Source of the DNA: Octopus sinensis
Taxonomy: Eukaryota
Reading direction: 5' to 3'
DNA: 64,000 bases
NCBI RefSeq assembly: GCF_006345805.1
Contig: NC_042998.1
Location: forward strand, 67,456,001 to 67,520,000
Below the pieces are notes generated by a model that was not told where the DNA came from, ran no database searches, and saw only the letters and a program-made list of their open reading frames with translations. Each line of letters begins with the position of its first letter. The first letter of the stretch is position 1. This document shows, piece by piece, positions 1-13,152 of this stretch. A program made the position numbers and the translations under genes.

Positions 1-939
1 TTTAAAGTAAACACCTGACAATCTTACATATCTCCGACACACTTGTACAGGTTACTTCATGCCAAACAGTTTTATAATCTTCATTATTGCAAATTTCGTC
101 TACCATATTTTTTCTCCGGCTAAGAATAGTACCGACTTGTGAATTAATATATCAAAACAAGTACGAAATAAATTGATTTTGAACTATTTTTCTCCATCTT
201 TTAAATTGAATAATAATTATTCCGCAATTATAATTATCGATATATTAAATTCAAAATTAAATAACATATTATAAATTTTTTAACTGTCTATATTGATCAC
301 ATTATATGAAAAACAAGTCCATTAAAAAATTAATTTTCGGATGGTCAGACATTGTACATAGAACGTCCGATAACTAGTCATGACTTGTAAATATTTATTT
401 ACATAATACATAAATCTAATTAGTCAGCTATCCGTATACGACTCCAAACAATCTCAACAATTTTTCTATATATTCACACTGACTCCGTTGCTTCTCCTCC
501 TACGATTATTGATCTCACGATTATATTCGTCTAGTCACATATTGTTTTCTGTTTCAGTATAAATATAATAACAATGTTCATATATCAGTGAGTAAGTTGA
601 ACGATAGTGGAATGTGTCTACAGCCCCGTAAGGTATCATACTTGATAAAATATATTTCATATTTCAAATGTATAGACATTTCTTTTTTATATGAGTAAAA
701 TTATAGTTGTAGAAATCGTAACACGAAAAATATGCAATATAAGTGTATATTTATGTATGTATATTTTTCTGGCTGCAACAGAGGCTATAGCCATCATGGA
801 GTGGGTTATTTGATGCTATTCAGCGATGTTTAATTCATGGGTTGGTACAGCTTTCAATCCCAACGTTAATTACTAGACCCTCGAAAATGTTTTATCTATA
901 TTCACTCACTACATGCATTTCCTGGTTTTCCCTCTCGGA

Positions 940-1210
940 AGTAATGTCTTTGTGTTGTGTTCTTGAGCAACACAGTTTATTTCACGATGCTCCCGTTCAC
1001 TGAGCTGTACAAATGAGATGCGACATCCTAGGTGCTAAGCTGTTTCGGCTTTTGGTTTACTCTTGGATAACGTCGATGGCGTGAAGAGTGGAGGCTGGTA
1101 TGCATGTGCAAATGCTGCTCTTCCATAAACAACCTTGCACGGACTTGCACATCGGAGGGGAATTCTTTAGGTGCAATCCCAAGGTCATTCATGACCGAAG
1201 GGGGTTTTTA
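940..1210 (+). mobile_element. Degenerate SINE-like element
   Basis: Body TCTTGAGCAACACAG...GCTCCCGTTCACTGAGCTGTACAAATG resembles a SINE central domain. It ends in GGTGCAATCCCAAGGTCATTCATGACCGAAGGGGGTTTTT, a tail I recall from cephalopod repeats. Confidence 0.55.
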
Positions 1211-3261
1211 TGTACTTCACTTACACACGTATATGCATAATTATTTATATACATAGAGCTACTACACCAAGAAGATTGAGCTGCTGGAAGCGACAAAACG
1301 TGGATTGTACGGACTTCTTGAGTAGAACGTTTTGGTCTACAGAATTTCATTCACACGGTATAGGTCAGTCAGGGTTATATAAAGTGACTGCGCCTTACAT
1401 GAAGTCTCGATTTAAATTCGAGCCTAGCACCGCTTCGTTTTAAAACGAATTTCTTATATATACGTCAATTTGCGACTTTATATACAGATATATATGTGTG
1501 TGAATGTATATACGCATATACATATATATTTACATGCACAACATATATAAATATACGTAGATAGGTACATAAATGTGCATGTATCTATTCTTAAATATGC
1601 GTGTGTATGTGTGTATATACGCACATTTGTCTGTCACAATTTTATATGACAGTATTACGAGGCTAATTTAATACTTTACGTTCCACGTGATGTTTAGCAT
1701 TGACATGTATCAAGTCTGCTTCGAATACACAGTTTCTGCCTCATAATAACCTCATGCGAAGAAAAAATGAATATCATCATTATTTTTATGTACTTAATGT
1801 AAAACTGTCTTGCAAATAATTATATTATGATAGAAATCGTATGATAGAAATCGTTTTGAATACTTATAAGTCCTTATGTTACGTAATCCATTATGTTTGA
1901 TAAGAAAATAAGAATCATTTAATTATGTTTATGTAATAACTTCCTATATTATAAATATTCTTCTCAAACAACGCTGCATAAAATCATATTACTGTGATAT
2001 TCAGAAATATATGAGTAATTCTAAAAGTTTGTTAATACTCTTTTAAGATGTTGCAAATAACATGAAGGTTTTCGTGACTTGTTATTTATTAATGCTTTTT
2101 CTGTAATTAGAAAATACGGTTATTGAGTAACTCACCTACTTTTTCCTTAATCAATTTGAATTTTTTTTTGTAGCTAAATCATAGCTTAGTTATGACATTG
2201 ATTGTTTATTAGCTATCACTATCATGCGTTTAATTTCTTCCTATCATGGACAATATTCGCTAATGCTACCTTTTCTGTCAGATTGTTGGATATAAGATTT
2301 GAAGAAGATTACCTTTTTTTTTAATTTGTCGCTTTGAGCGGTAGAGTAGACATTTCTTCTAAGATTACTGAAATTTGTTTTATTTATTTTGGTGACAAAT
2401 GACAGGAGCCTCTGGGCAATTATTTCTTTTGAAAAAGACGTCTTTATCATCGGTAAGTATATGAATATCTTCGATACTTCTAAACAGTTGCCTTCAGAAT
2501 CAAAGTGTTTGATTCCTATTTTACAAAGAGACTCACCTTGCACTATGGCATGAGAGCAAATTTTAGAATAAGATTATGACTGTGTTCGTATTTTATGAGT
2601 AAAATAAACTTGATTACACATGGGAGGCGAATTAAACAAACCGATCAGGTATGGCTCTACCAACGCGTCTTTACAGGTGAAATACGCCGCAGAATGTCAT
2701 CATTCTATCTGCCACGGAAAAGTTTCCAGAATAGCAGAGAAACTTTCCTCCTGCTGAGCTCCTATGAGGTTCCTCGCATACTTATCAAATAACTATCAAA
2801 AGATTATTTCTAACCATAAAAAATATCATGACAGTTGAAGCTTTTACATTGTATACTTGACACATATGAAACTACGAGCTAAAATTATGTTTCAGAGCTA
2901 ATAAAATGAACACTTAACACTGTAAAAATACTTCTATCAAAGGAAATCATATACATTATAGGTACCATAATTTTACGAGCGAATATCATGTCAAAGTCTA
3001 AATGAGGCAAACAAGAACAGTCAGGTAACGTTTAATCTTTTGTTAAATATAGAAAATTATCTCATTTGGCCAAGATAGCGAATAGTTATGAACTAACATT
3101 ACTTCACTTTCAGAAACGGTCACCAATATGAAAAGAAGAATCATAAACTGTAAATAATATTGCAGTAACATTAATATGAAGACAAACTGTCACAACCAAT
3201 GTAGGGTAGGAATTTCAAGTCTTCCGTGTTTAGGGATTTATTTACGTATCTACATAACATG

Positions 3262-3323
<62 letters not shown>
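3262..3323. repeat. (TA)n microsatellite
   Basis: Direct reading. Confidence 0.95.
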
Positions 3324-3328
<5 letters not shown>

Positions 3329-3671
3329 CAGGGTTATAAAAATTTTTGAAATTTTTATTACCAGTGGCCTAGCGTGTAGAAAACTTAAGTCAATAGACTA
3401 TATATTCTTCATATAAATACAGTGTACATTTAAACACATAAGCGGTATCCGTCATAGGATTCCTGGAACGCTAGAAGGAACAGCCAATAACGAAACCACT
3501 ATTAGGGATAAACTTCGAAAGGAATGAAAAATACAAACATTTGCTATCCATCTCCTGGACCATGGTTTCTGACTTTTTCTTACCGGCGTTACTTCGAAAA
3601 TTATCCAGAAAAAATAATATCAGAGTAATAAACATTTTAGAAATTGTTACTACCAGTGGCCTAGCGTGTAG
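3324..3671. repeat. 292-bp interspersed repeat monomer with ~56-bp terminal direct repeat
   Basis: AATATCAG...TACCAGTGGCCTAGCGTGTAG occurs at 3324-3379 and 3616-3671; homologous sequence at ~8255-8490 and ~59005-59065. Confidence 0.75.
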
Positions 3672-3679
3672 GTAAATTC

Positions 3680-3680
<1 letters not shown>

Positions 3681-3745
<65 letters not shown>

Positions 3746-3974
3746 AAATAGAAAGATGAATTTTCTTGTAACAGATTATTCAAAGGTTTAACCGATACCT
3801 GGGTAGCAAAAATCACAGCGGAAAACAGCACGGTTGGAGATAAGACCATTTGGTGTTGCAACCGTGCGTTGGAGCGGATAATTGAAGTTTAATATTATTA
3901 GTTTAATTAGTTTAATATTATTCCATTCACTAATAATATATATATAATATATATATATAGATATATATATATAA

Positions 3975-4031
<57 letters not shown>

Positions 4032-4096
4032 ATATATACATATATATATACACATACATACATACATACATACATTCATACATACATACATACATA
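3681..4096. repeat. (TA)n and (TACA)n tracts flanking a ~190-bp unique spacer
   Basis: Direct reading. Confidence 0.9.
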
Positions 4097-4334
4097 TGTG
4101 TGCACGCGCGTGTTTGTGTAGACAGATTCCAGGAGGTAAGGTGTTTTTCTACATAGGACCTGCATTCTGGTTGGATGCTCACAAATGGTCAGGTTACTCG
4201 GTGTTTAGTTCTATTTCGCCTAGTCTCTTTCATTTTGTCTTCTTTTGGTATTCTATACTACATGGAGTCAGTGAATTAATGACCTGAAAAAGTGAAACTA
4301 TCAAATAAACAGATGTAGCAGTAATAGTAACAGT

Positions 4335-4341
4335 AGCCGTG

Positions 4342-4424
<83 letters not shown>

Positions 4425-4570
4425 TGTTGTTGTTATTGTTGTTATTATTATTGTTTTGTTGCTGTATTAGTAGTAGTTTTAGTAGCTTTTGTTATTGTTG
4501 TAGATGTCGTTCTTGCTGTTGCTCTTGTTGTAGTAGTAGCAGCAGCAGGTATTAACAGCAGTAGCAGCAG
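4335..4570. repeat. (GTA)n/(GTT)n compound trinucleotide repeat
   Basis: Direct reading. Confidence 0.9.
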
Positions 4571-6428
4571 AAGTAAAAATAAATCTAAATTCTAGAGTGA
4601 AGCATCCAGTGTTTCTGACCAGTGATGCCATATTTTCGTTTAGGGTGACAGCTAGAAAAAAAAAATTAGCAAAGCTTCACTCGAACATGTTTACGCAATT
4701 GCATGCAATTGATGAAGAAAACAAAACAACGTTTGAGCATCTAGATAGAAAAGACGAGAAAGATAGAAAAATGGAAAGTACAAGCGTTGGTGAGCCGGAG
4801 ATAATAGTCCAATATAAGATGTGGAATATACAATATATTAAAAGAGACGTTCTTTTCATTATCCCAGTTTCACATCACGGAGGATCGCGTTTGAGTTCCA
4901 TTTCAGTTCCGATATTCATTTGAGAGCGGTTTGACGCAACTCAATGCGGATTAAAATTTCATTGGTTCGTTGAACGAAACGACGAAACTAAGTTGTTAAA
5001 TATGCCACTTTTACGAAATGTGTTGAGTGCAACTTTCGTGTGTCCACTCACTCATCAAATGGGCGGCAAATTTCAAAAATTTGTTCAAATTTTGATATGT
5101 GTTGACTGAGAAAGACTTTCCGTAAGAAATAGAATGTCCTTTTCATTTATTATACATTTTCTTAAATGTACGTGTTAATGCAATCAAAATATCATTAACT
5201 GGTTTGATTTCATTATCATATGACTATGCCGGTACAAGCTAGCCATAACAATATTAAAACGGATACTGTAACTGAATTTGGTGGGGTATGTTCTATTTCC
5301 AGTCGGAAATTCTCGTAACATGCATCAGTGTTAAGCTTAACACGAAATATGTATTTATGTATGGATCACAAAATTACTGAACATAAAAATAAAGCCAACA
5401 TGGAGTGACAAGTTATACGAATGTTACATTTAAGCAACAAAATATTTGTTTAAAATTTCACATTCCAGTTGTGACTGCGTGCTCATTGCTCTTACATTTT
5501 TAACTATTACACAGACCTTGTATGTATATATATATACTAGTAGAGGGTTGTATGCCATCGGAAAAAATAAATTTATCGTGTTCTTTGTTAAGAAATAACT
5601 TGTAAATTGTATCTCTTCTATCTGATACTTCAATTTATCTCAACCACAAATGACATAATTTTATGACAAGAAAATAATAAATAACAAAATTATATTCAGA
5701 TCAAAAGGAATATCACACCGTACTAATCACTGTAGGAAAATATCAATATCGTTAATTAGGTTATAAAATAGTATGACCAAATCTGACGAAAGCTTTTTTG
5801 TATTTTATATTAACGTATAACATTATTTTACATAAGTTTTTATGGCGTGTTAAGGGTAATCAAATTCAGTGATATCACTTCTGATATCATAAACATCCAA
5901 TGGTCAACATATATTAAATGAGATCAAATCGGTAACACCTCCGTGCGTTTAAGACAAAGTGTAACACATTGGTATAGAGCCTGTATATTTCTATGATACT
6001 GGATTCATCTTTTATGTATGATATAACTATCACACGAGATGCTTCACTTACTGTAAAAGGATGCGATTCACAACGCCTACATTTTCATAGGAATTCACAA
6101 TATATATGAGTATAAAACACATACATTTGTATACCTTCAAAGTTACAGTGTGAGGTTTTGGAGGTCAGCATCACTATAATCCGGAACACGATGAAAGCCA
6201 GTTTGCTTGTGGTTTTTTCCCTGACAATATACGAAAAGAATTTTAAGTTCAAGCGAAAATACAGAAAAATGACACATCAAACAAGTCCTTTTTTTTCTTT
6301 TTGATATTTGTTCAATGTTCGATTGATCAAACACTGATCAAATATTCGATATAGTAATTTACTACATCTAATAACGCAGAATCGATTTGACAAACTTTGC
6401 AGCACGGCAGTTCTTATGTTATAACTTA

Positions 6429-6545
6429 AAGGTGGCGAACTGGCAGAATCGGTAGAGCGATTGACAGAAGGCTCTGTGCTATGTTCAATCAATGTCGGTT
6501 ATACCTCCTATTCGCACGGTGTCTATCAATGAAGTACATGTACCC
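6429..6545 (+). mobile_element. SINE family A, degenerate 5' fragment
   Basis: AAGGTGGCGAACTGGCAGAATCGGTAG matches the family A head. Confidence 0.6.
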
Positions 6546-7399
6546 CCTCTTAATTTAGTAGAACTGATTGAGTATCGGGCGAGATGTCTTACGGCTACCT
6601 AACAGTTTCTTTGGGCTCAAGGTTCAAATTGCACTAATGAACACGTCTTTCCCAGCACGCACATACAGAGTCACGAAGTGAAAGAGATATCGTATCGGAT
6701 TAAGTTTGGCTGTGATATCGAATCAGTGTAATAGGACAAGACTACCACAATTCTACTTGCGCTGTAACATCGATACAGAAGATTCTAAGAACAGGAAAAT
6801 TTAGCATAGAAACCGTGATTAATTTTCTTCGTTAATCATCTTCACTGGTGAATGATAGACTCCGAGTTTTAAAAAAAGGAAACATTTTAAAAAAAGGAAA
6901 CAACAAGGCGCTAAAACCTAAACACAATACCACTTTAACATATGATATATTATAGTCGTTTGATAAACCTTTATTTTATAAACTAGTTCATTATTAACAC
7001 CACATGATTGAAATATAAAGATCTGAAATTGTCATATTTTAGTTGGAAACTAACATGGAACAGGAATACAATGCGTTTCCTTTAAGGTTTGGCAGTATCA
7101 TATTCTATACTCAGCAGTTATTGATCCCCAAGTCTTCTTGAAAATTCCAAAGATACTACCAAAGCGTTAGAAATTAAAACAATTTGCCGGTAGGAGACAA
7201 TGTCACATATTGTATGTATTATAAAGTTAGAACAAATTGCAACGTATTTCCATGAAGAGAAAACATTCTACAAGTCTAATCCTTGTATGTGTGTGTGTGT
7301 TCGTGTGTGTGTATTTTATTTTTGTGATCGTGTTTAAAAAGGTAAATACTTCTATATAAGCCGTTATGATAGCGTCGCAATGTATTCATACATACAATG

Positions 7400-7417
7400 A
7401 GATATATATATATATAT

Positions 7418-7516
<99 letters not shown>

Positions 7517-7518
7517 TT

Positions 7519-7550
<32 letters not shown>
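7400..7550. repeat. (TA)n-(GATA)n-(GA)n compound microsatellite
   Basis: Direct reading. Confidence 0.95.
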
Positions 7551-7552
<2 letters not shown>

Positions 7553-7766
7553 GAAGGGGTGCTGAAAAGTTCCTGCTTTTAGTTAAAACAGAATACAGAA
7601 GATTGAATAAATTAGGATTTTCTTCAACATATTCCCATCTCAGATTCACACACTTATTACAGCGGTCCTTCAATTTTTCTAGGCCGTGTAGAAGGACTTG
7701 GAAAATTAGACTTCCAACAAGGCCGTCGCGACACCCTAAAACACAGGAACCTTTCAGTACCCCATC

Positions 7767-7768
<2 letters not shown>
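7551..7768. mobile_element. Mariner-like MITE
   Basis: Terminal inverted repeats ACGAAGGGGTGCTGAAAAGTTCCTG (7551-7575) and CAGGAACCTTTCAGTACCCCATCCT (7744-7768). Confidence 0.75.
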
Positions 7769-7805
<37 letters not shown>

Positions 7806-7837
7806 AACCCTAACCCTAACCCTAACCCTAACCCTAA

Positions 7838-7840
<3 letters not shown>
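7806..7840 (-). repeat. Interstitial telomeric repeat (TTAGGG)5
   Basis: Five perfect CCCTAA units at 7808-7837. Confidence 0.9.
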
Positions 7841-7896
<56 letters not shown>

Positions 7897-7917
7897 ATAT
7901 ATATATATATATAATAT

Positions 7918-7970
<53 letters not shown>
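7840..7970. repeat. (TA)n microsatellite
   Basis: Direct reading. Confidence 0.95.
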
Positions 7971-7979
<9 letters not shown>

Positions 7980-7988
7980 TATAGAAGG

Positions 7989-8039
7989 AGCTTCTACAGG
8001 ACTAGAACTGTTTCATTCAAGAGAAATCTTCAGGAAGCT
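7989..8039 (-). ncRNA. Type I hammerhead ribozyme motif (left arm of palindrome)
   Basis: Reverse complement reads AGCUUC-CUGAAGA-UUUCUCUUGAAU-GAAA-CAG-UUCUAGUC-CUG-UA-GAAGCU. Confidence 0.7.
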
Positions 8040-8044
8040 CCTGA

Positions 8045-8095
8045 AGCTTCCTGAAGATTTCTCTTGAATGAAACAGTTCTAGCCCTGTAGAAGCT
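8045..8095 (+). ncRNA. Type I hammerhead ribozyme motif (right arm of palindrome)
   Basis: AGCUUC-CUGAAGA-[weak stem II]-GAAA-CAG-loop-CUG-UA^GAAGCU: 6-bp stem I, intact core, 4-bp stem III, GUA site at 8087-8089. Confidence 0.7.
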
Positions 8096-8178
8096 CCTTC
8101 TATATAATAAATTAATTTTACTCTGCTATGTATTGAGTACCTTATTTACTGTGGTTAACCCCGAATCAACCCGGGACC

Positions 8179-8217
<39 letters not shown>

Positions 8218-8254
8218 TTAATCATATCGAAGGGAAATGGAAATTAATAGAAAT

Positions 8255-8866
8255 TAATAGAAATTTTCACTTCCAGTGGCCTTGCGTGTAAAAATTTCGT
8301 CCGAAGACTATGTATTACTCATAAAATACAGTTTTTATTTAAATACATAAGGAATCCACTCGTGGGATTCAACACGCTAGAAGAACAGCTAGGTTCTATA
8401 ACCACAAAAATTAGGGATAAAATTCAACAGGAACGAAATGAAAAAATAAAAACATTTTACCATCAAGTTTCCTGGACCAACTGGTTTCTGATTTTAGTTT
8501 AGCAAATAAATAATATTATTTGCTAGGTGAAATATTTTTCAACAGGTACGCCTTAGATTGAATATATATAGCGTTCAACTATGTGCCTCTTGTTTATATG
8601 ATTTATATGATTAAGTATTGTAAGTTTTTGAATAATTTTAGGACTTTAAAAGTTGGCATTTTCTTATTGCCGACGAGGGGCTGCGCCTACGCTGTAGATT
8701 TTGAAAACATTACGATGTATAAACAAGAGGCACATAGTTGAATGCATTGTGTTTTATATATTTAATCTAAGGTGTACCTGTTGAAGACGATTTCACCTAG
8801 CGAATAATATTATTTATTTGCTAAACTAAAGTCAGAAACCAATTGGTCCACTGGAAACTGGATGGT
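8255..8866. mobile_element. Penelope pLTR-like composite: 292-bp family homolog plus ~140-bp inverted repeat
   Basis: 8459-8598 is the reverse complement of 8718-8866 with several mismatches and indels; 8255-8490 aligns by eye to 3340-3570. Confidence 0.65.
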
Positions 8867-8937
8867 ATAATGTCTTTAATATTTTCATTTTGCTCCTGTC
8901 GAATTTTATCCCTAATTTTTGTGGTTATAGAACCGAG

Positions 8938-8974
<37 letters not shown>

Positions 8975-9949
8975 TACATATGCACTCACTCGCGTACACA
9001 TGCCCTTCCACACATATTTCATAAATGTTTGTGCGCACGCACACATGGAGAACACACTTGGTCTACTGGTTAGGAGTAGTCATTTGTTGATTGTAATACC
9101 ATGATGGTGTGGTGCGTTCTATCTTTGAGCAGGTCACTTCATTCGACGATGCTCCAGTATACTCAGCTGTGATGAATACCAGTACCAGTAAGATGCTAGA
9201 TCAGCTTCCTCTCCCTAAATGTGGCACTGAGTCAATTGATGAGAGAATTGAGAGAAATATTTTCCGTTCTATTCAAATTTCTCTTAGATTCGAAGTTTCT
9301 TCTTATTCGAAGCACCAAAATACCTTATGACTCTAAATCTTCAAAGTTTTGTTTTATGCATATCGTGGTATTTGTTGCTACCCTTGCAATTTTGCAATTT
9401 GTACATGGCTTATCTGTTTACAACAACATAGGACTTTAAAATGTTAGCTATTTTATTAATACTTCATTAATCAGCAATTGGTCGATATTAGTATATTTGG
9501 AATGTGTGTTTAATATTAACGTATTATGTTATAAGTAATGGGTTCGCGATTAATAATCTATTTTGGAGGATTTTTCAATCATATAGATGAGTTTATTAAT
9601 GTGTTTATTTTGAGTTTTTTGTATTATATGTGATTGAGTGCATTGAGATTGCACCCTTCTGTTAGTAGGTGTTAGCCAGAAACTAAACGACCAATATTGA
9701 AACCATTGCTCGTACTGCAATTGAATGATTTAGTATGCAATCTAATCCACACTTATTGACAAAACATAACTACTCCCAGACTGATGGTACATCATTCTGA
9801 TGACCAGAAAATCAAATTCCGTTAGTTATGTCCACCTGATTTCAGTAAGCAAATCACAAATAACCAACATTTCTGCTGTTGTTCACACTGTACACTCTTT
9901 GTATGTATGTGTGGATGTATGTATGTATCTATGTATGTATAAATTAGAG

Positions 9950-9996
9950 ATAGATAGATAGCTAGATAGATAGATAGATAGAGACAGACAAACAGC

Positions 9997-10085
<89 letters not shown>
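9950..10085. repeat. (GATA)n microsatellite
   Basis: Direct reading. Confidence 0.95.
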
Positions 10086-11370
10086 GTGTGTATAGAGAGA
10101 TAGCTATAGGTATACACTACTTCACATTCAAAGCAAATGCAGTCATATGCAATATAATGGCGCAAACGTGTGCAAAAACGTAATATGTACATTGCAAATC
10201 ACCTGTTAAAATATATATATTCGCATGCGTATACAAACGAGTTTATGTATGTGAGTGGATTTCTGCATCCATACTCAAATAATATACCAATAAGGAATCG
10301 TATAACTGTTTAATACTTTATATCTTGTATGAGAAAAATTCCTTCTTCGTATATTAGATAGTAACTAGTGTCACCGGTGTAAAAATACAAGGGGTGCAAT
10401 CGACATTACAGTCACTATATGTTTGCTTCCTTTTAATCACTTAACTAGTTCCATGCCCCTTTGTTTCATTTGTGATCACTCAGAATCATGTTTTCCCCCA
10501 CACCTCACGTTATGGCTTATTTGCCTCTAGTGATCTACTACTGAATGATTACGTGAATATTCGCATGAAACCATTAACATCGTATTAACATCATTGTACT
10601 GTTGTATATATGCGTGTGTATATACCTACTCATCCCTAATGTAAAAGCCATGTTGAGACACTTCTCACACTTCACTTAAGATATTGACATTCTTTTCCTT
10701 TACTTCGTTTTTGTTTCAGAAATTATATTTACATTCTTTTAGAACACGAAATTTATTTATTTTCTCTTTAAAATAAACCATGTTGAATTTCATTATAGTT
10801 TTCAGATCAAAGCAGTCCAATTAAACCTTTGTTTAATGAATTGACTCCTCTTTCCTTCTATTTATATCTTTTTTTTTAGTATTCGATTCTCATTAAACAA
10901 TTTCATATGCAACGACTAAAAGGAGATTGTTTTCTTAAATTAATAATTTCGTTTTTATTTTATTTTTTCTTCATTTTTTTGCTTTGGCTTTTATTTAAAT
11001 TTTAATAATTAATTTTCATTAATCAGAAAGTCTGTCGTTCATTGAACAAACGAAGCACGAATCAATGCTCAATAAACTCAGTTTTATTATAACATCTCTT
11101 GTTTTATTAAAACATGCTCCATCGGATTTCACTAGAATGTTATGAATAACAAAGAGAATATTCACTGTACATATTCTTCTTCATAATCTTCTCATTCATA
11201 TTTTTCACTTACAACTACTACTACGTTGTCTTTGTTCCTATTTCTTCTTTCCATTTCCTTCTTTCTTTCCTTCTTTATCTTCTTTTTGGCCCGTCAGTCC
11301 TCCTATATTTCTCTTATTCTTCTTCCAGTTATTGCTTTCCCTTCTCTTATTTTCTTATTATTATCATTAT

Positions 11371-11590
11371 GACGGCGAGTTAGGAGAATCGTTAGCGCGT
11401 CGGAGAACATGCTTAACGGCATTTCTTGTGGCTGTTTACTTTCTGAATTCAAATCCGAAGAGGTCAGCATTCCCTTTCATCATTTCCAGATCGATAAAAT
11501 AAAGTGCCAGTCAAGTACTGGGTCGATGATAAAGACGAACCCTCTCCGCATTAAACTGCTTGCCTTGTGCTAAAACTTAAAAGAATTATA
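11371..11590 (+). mobile_element. SINE family A, degenerate
   Basis: GACGGCGAGTTAGGAGAATCGTTAG head, GAATTCAAATCC B-box-like motif, CCTTTCATCATTTCCAGATCGATAAAATAAAGTGCCAG core. Confidence 0.75.
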
Positions 11591-12498
11591 ATCATTATTT
11601 ATATTGTCACCGCCGTCATTAAAAATATAATTATCGTTGATGATATTGTTCTTGCTGCAACTGCAAGATGTCACCATGTTAAGATATATTTTGAAGTCTG
11701 CCCTCATGCATTTGTTTATCTTTTTTATTGAATCATCAATATAACGGCGTACGAGAGAACGGTTCAGTTGTTAATTGTTTTCCCAAGTCAGAGGAAGGAT
11801 ATTGTTTCCGAGTTAAAAATTTATTGGCTCTGGCTTAAAGGCAGAGATACATTTTATTATGAGGTCTTTAAGGTTAGTCAGTGACAACAGCCGATAGTTT
11901 CCTATAACAGTTATAGCTATTTGAAATAATCTTTCAGACAAAGCACGCAAAGGAGAGATGAAGTAATTCATTCCCATTACACTGTACTAAAATTCATTTT
12001 GAATACTATATGATTTCGGGTTTCAGTTTCAAGCCTGGTATGCTAACATTTGTATGATTCAGGCATTTTTCAAAGCCATTTCAGATTAAGCAATGTTCGT
12101 TGCTTGAAGTTTGATAAATGGAAACTGCAGTGTAGCTTTTGGGGGTGGGGTGTTATACATCCTCAACATTTATTTTTACAGTATTATTCTCCATTCTTCT
12201 TTATGGGGTATTAATAATACATTCTGTATGCTATATGAAATCCAATGAAAGAAACCCAGAATTTATCTGTCGAGCGAAGTACCGTCTTTAAAATTATGCA
12301 TGCTCCCTATCATTTGTTGTGGTTAGGCAGATGAGGATAAGAACAGAGAGTTAATAAGGTATCTACCCGGCTTTCAAATCCATAGCTCTTTAAGTTACAT
12401 ATTTTACAATCACAAATCGAAAGAGTGAGACGTACATGCACACACACATATGTGTGTGAATCGGATATTTTGTGTATAATATATATATAGATAGATAC

Positions 12499-12564
<66 letters not shown>

Positions 12565-12679
12565 CATACGTATAAAGCGGGATGACCACTAAGTGGAAAT
12601 CCAATATGCTAGAAGAAGATCATCTACGATCTAACCACATTTAAATTTATAAAGATAGATAGATAAATAGATAGATAAT

Positions 12680-12872
12680 TTAAAAACAACGTAGAAAAAA
12701 TACAACAATGATAAATAACAGCGCGAGGACATAGTGCATGCAAAGTTTTAATGAGACGCTCAGAGAAGGAAAGAGTTGTTGTTTTAGGTTTTGCGCATAG
12801 CTCTTTTTCGGAAACAGGAGACATAGAAAAGTCTCAATGAAAAGGAAGAAGAAGGAAAAAATCACCAACACG
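12680..12872 (-). mobile_element. Short HHR-derived element (family of 24480), degenerate
   Basis: Reverse complement aligns to 24480-24677 (GTTGGTGATTTTTTCC...GAAAAAGAGCTATGCGCAAAAC...CTGAGCGTC...CCTCGCG). Confidence 0.65.
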
Positions 12873-12983
12873 TTAAGTTACAATTTTGAAATTGCTTTCT
12901 GGAAAAGATGAGTGTGAGAAATGGTTGGTATCTGTGTGTATGTTTGGGTGTGGTGGAATATATGTATACATACATACATACAC

Positions 12984-13018
<35 letters not shown>

Positions 13019-13027
13019 CACACACAT

Positions 13028-13058
<31 letters not shown>

Positions 13059-13152
13059 ATATATATATATATTATTAGTGAATTGTAGAAATGGAGTTGA
13101 ACGAAGATTGAACAGAATTCCTTATATTGCATTCTACACATGTTTACCTAAC

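Noticed and set aside
2244-2792. ORFs 2244-2543 and 2595-2792, and a strong minus-strand donor CAAG/GTGAGT near 2535
   Set aside because: No recognisable domain, and I found no matching acceptor giving an open exon
8290-8325. GUC-UUCG-GAC hairpin followed by GAAA on the minus strand in the 292-bp family
   Set aside because: No CUGANGA directly upstream, and the motif is not conserved in the 3324 copy
9356-9439. Signal-peptide-like MHIVVFVATLAILQFVHG
   Set aside because: Ends in a stop after 27 codons with no convincing splice donor; hydrophobic runs are common in T-rich DNA
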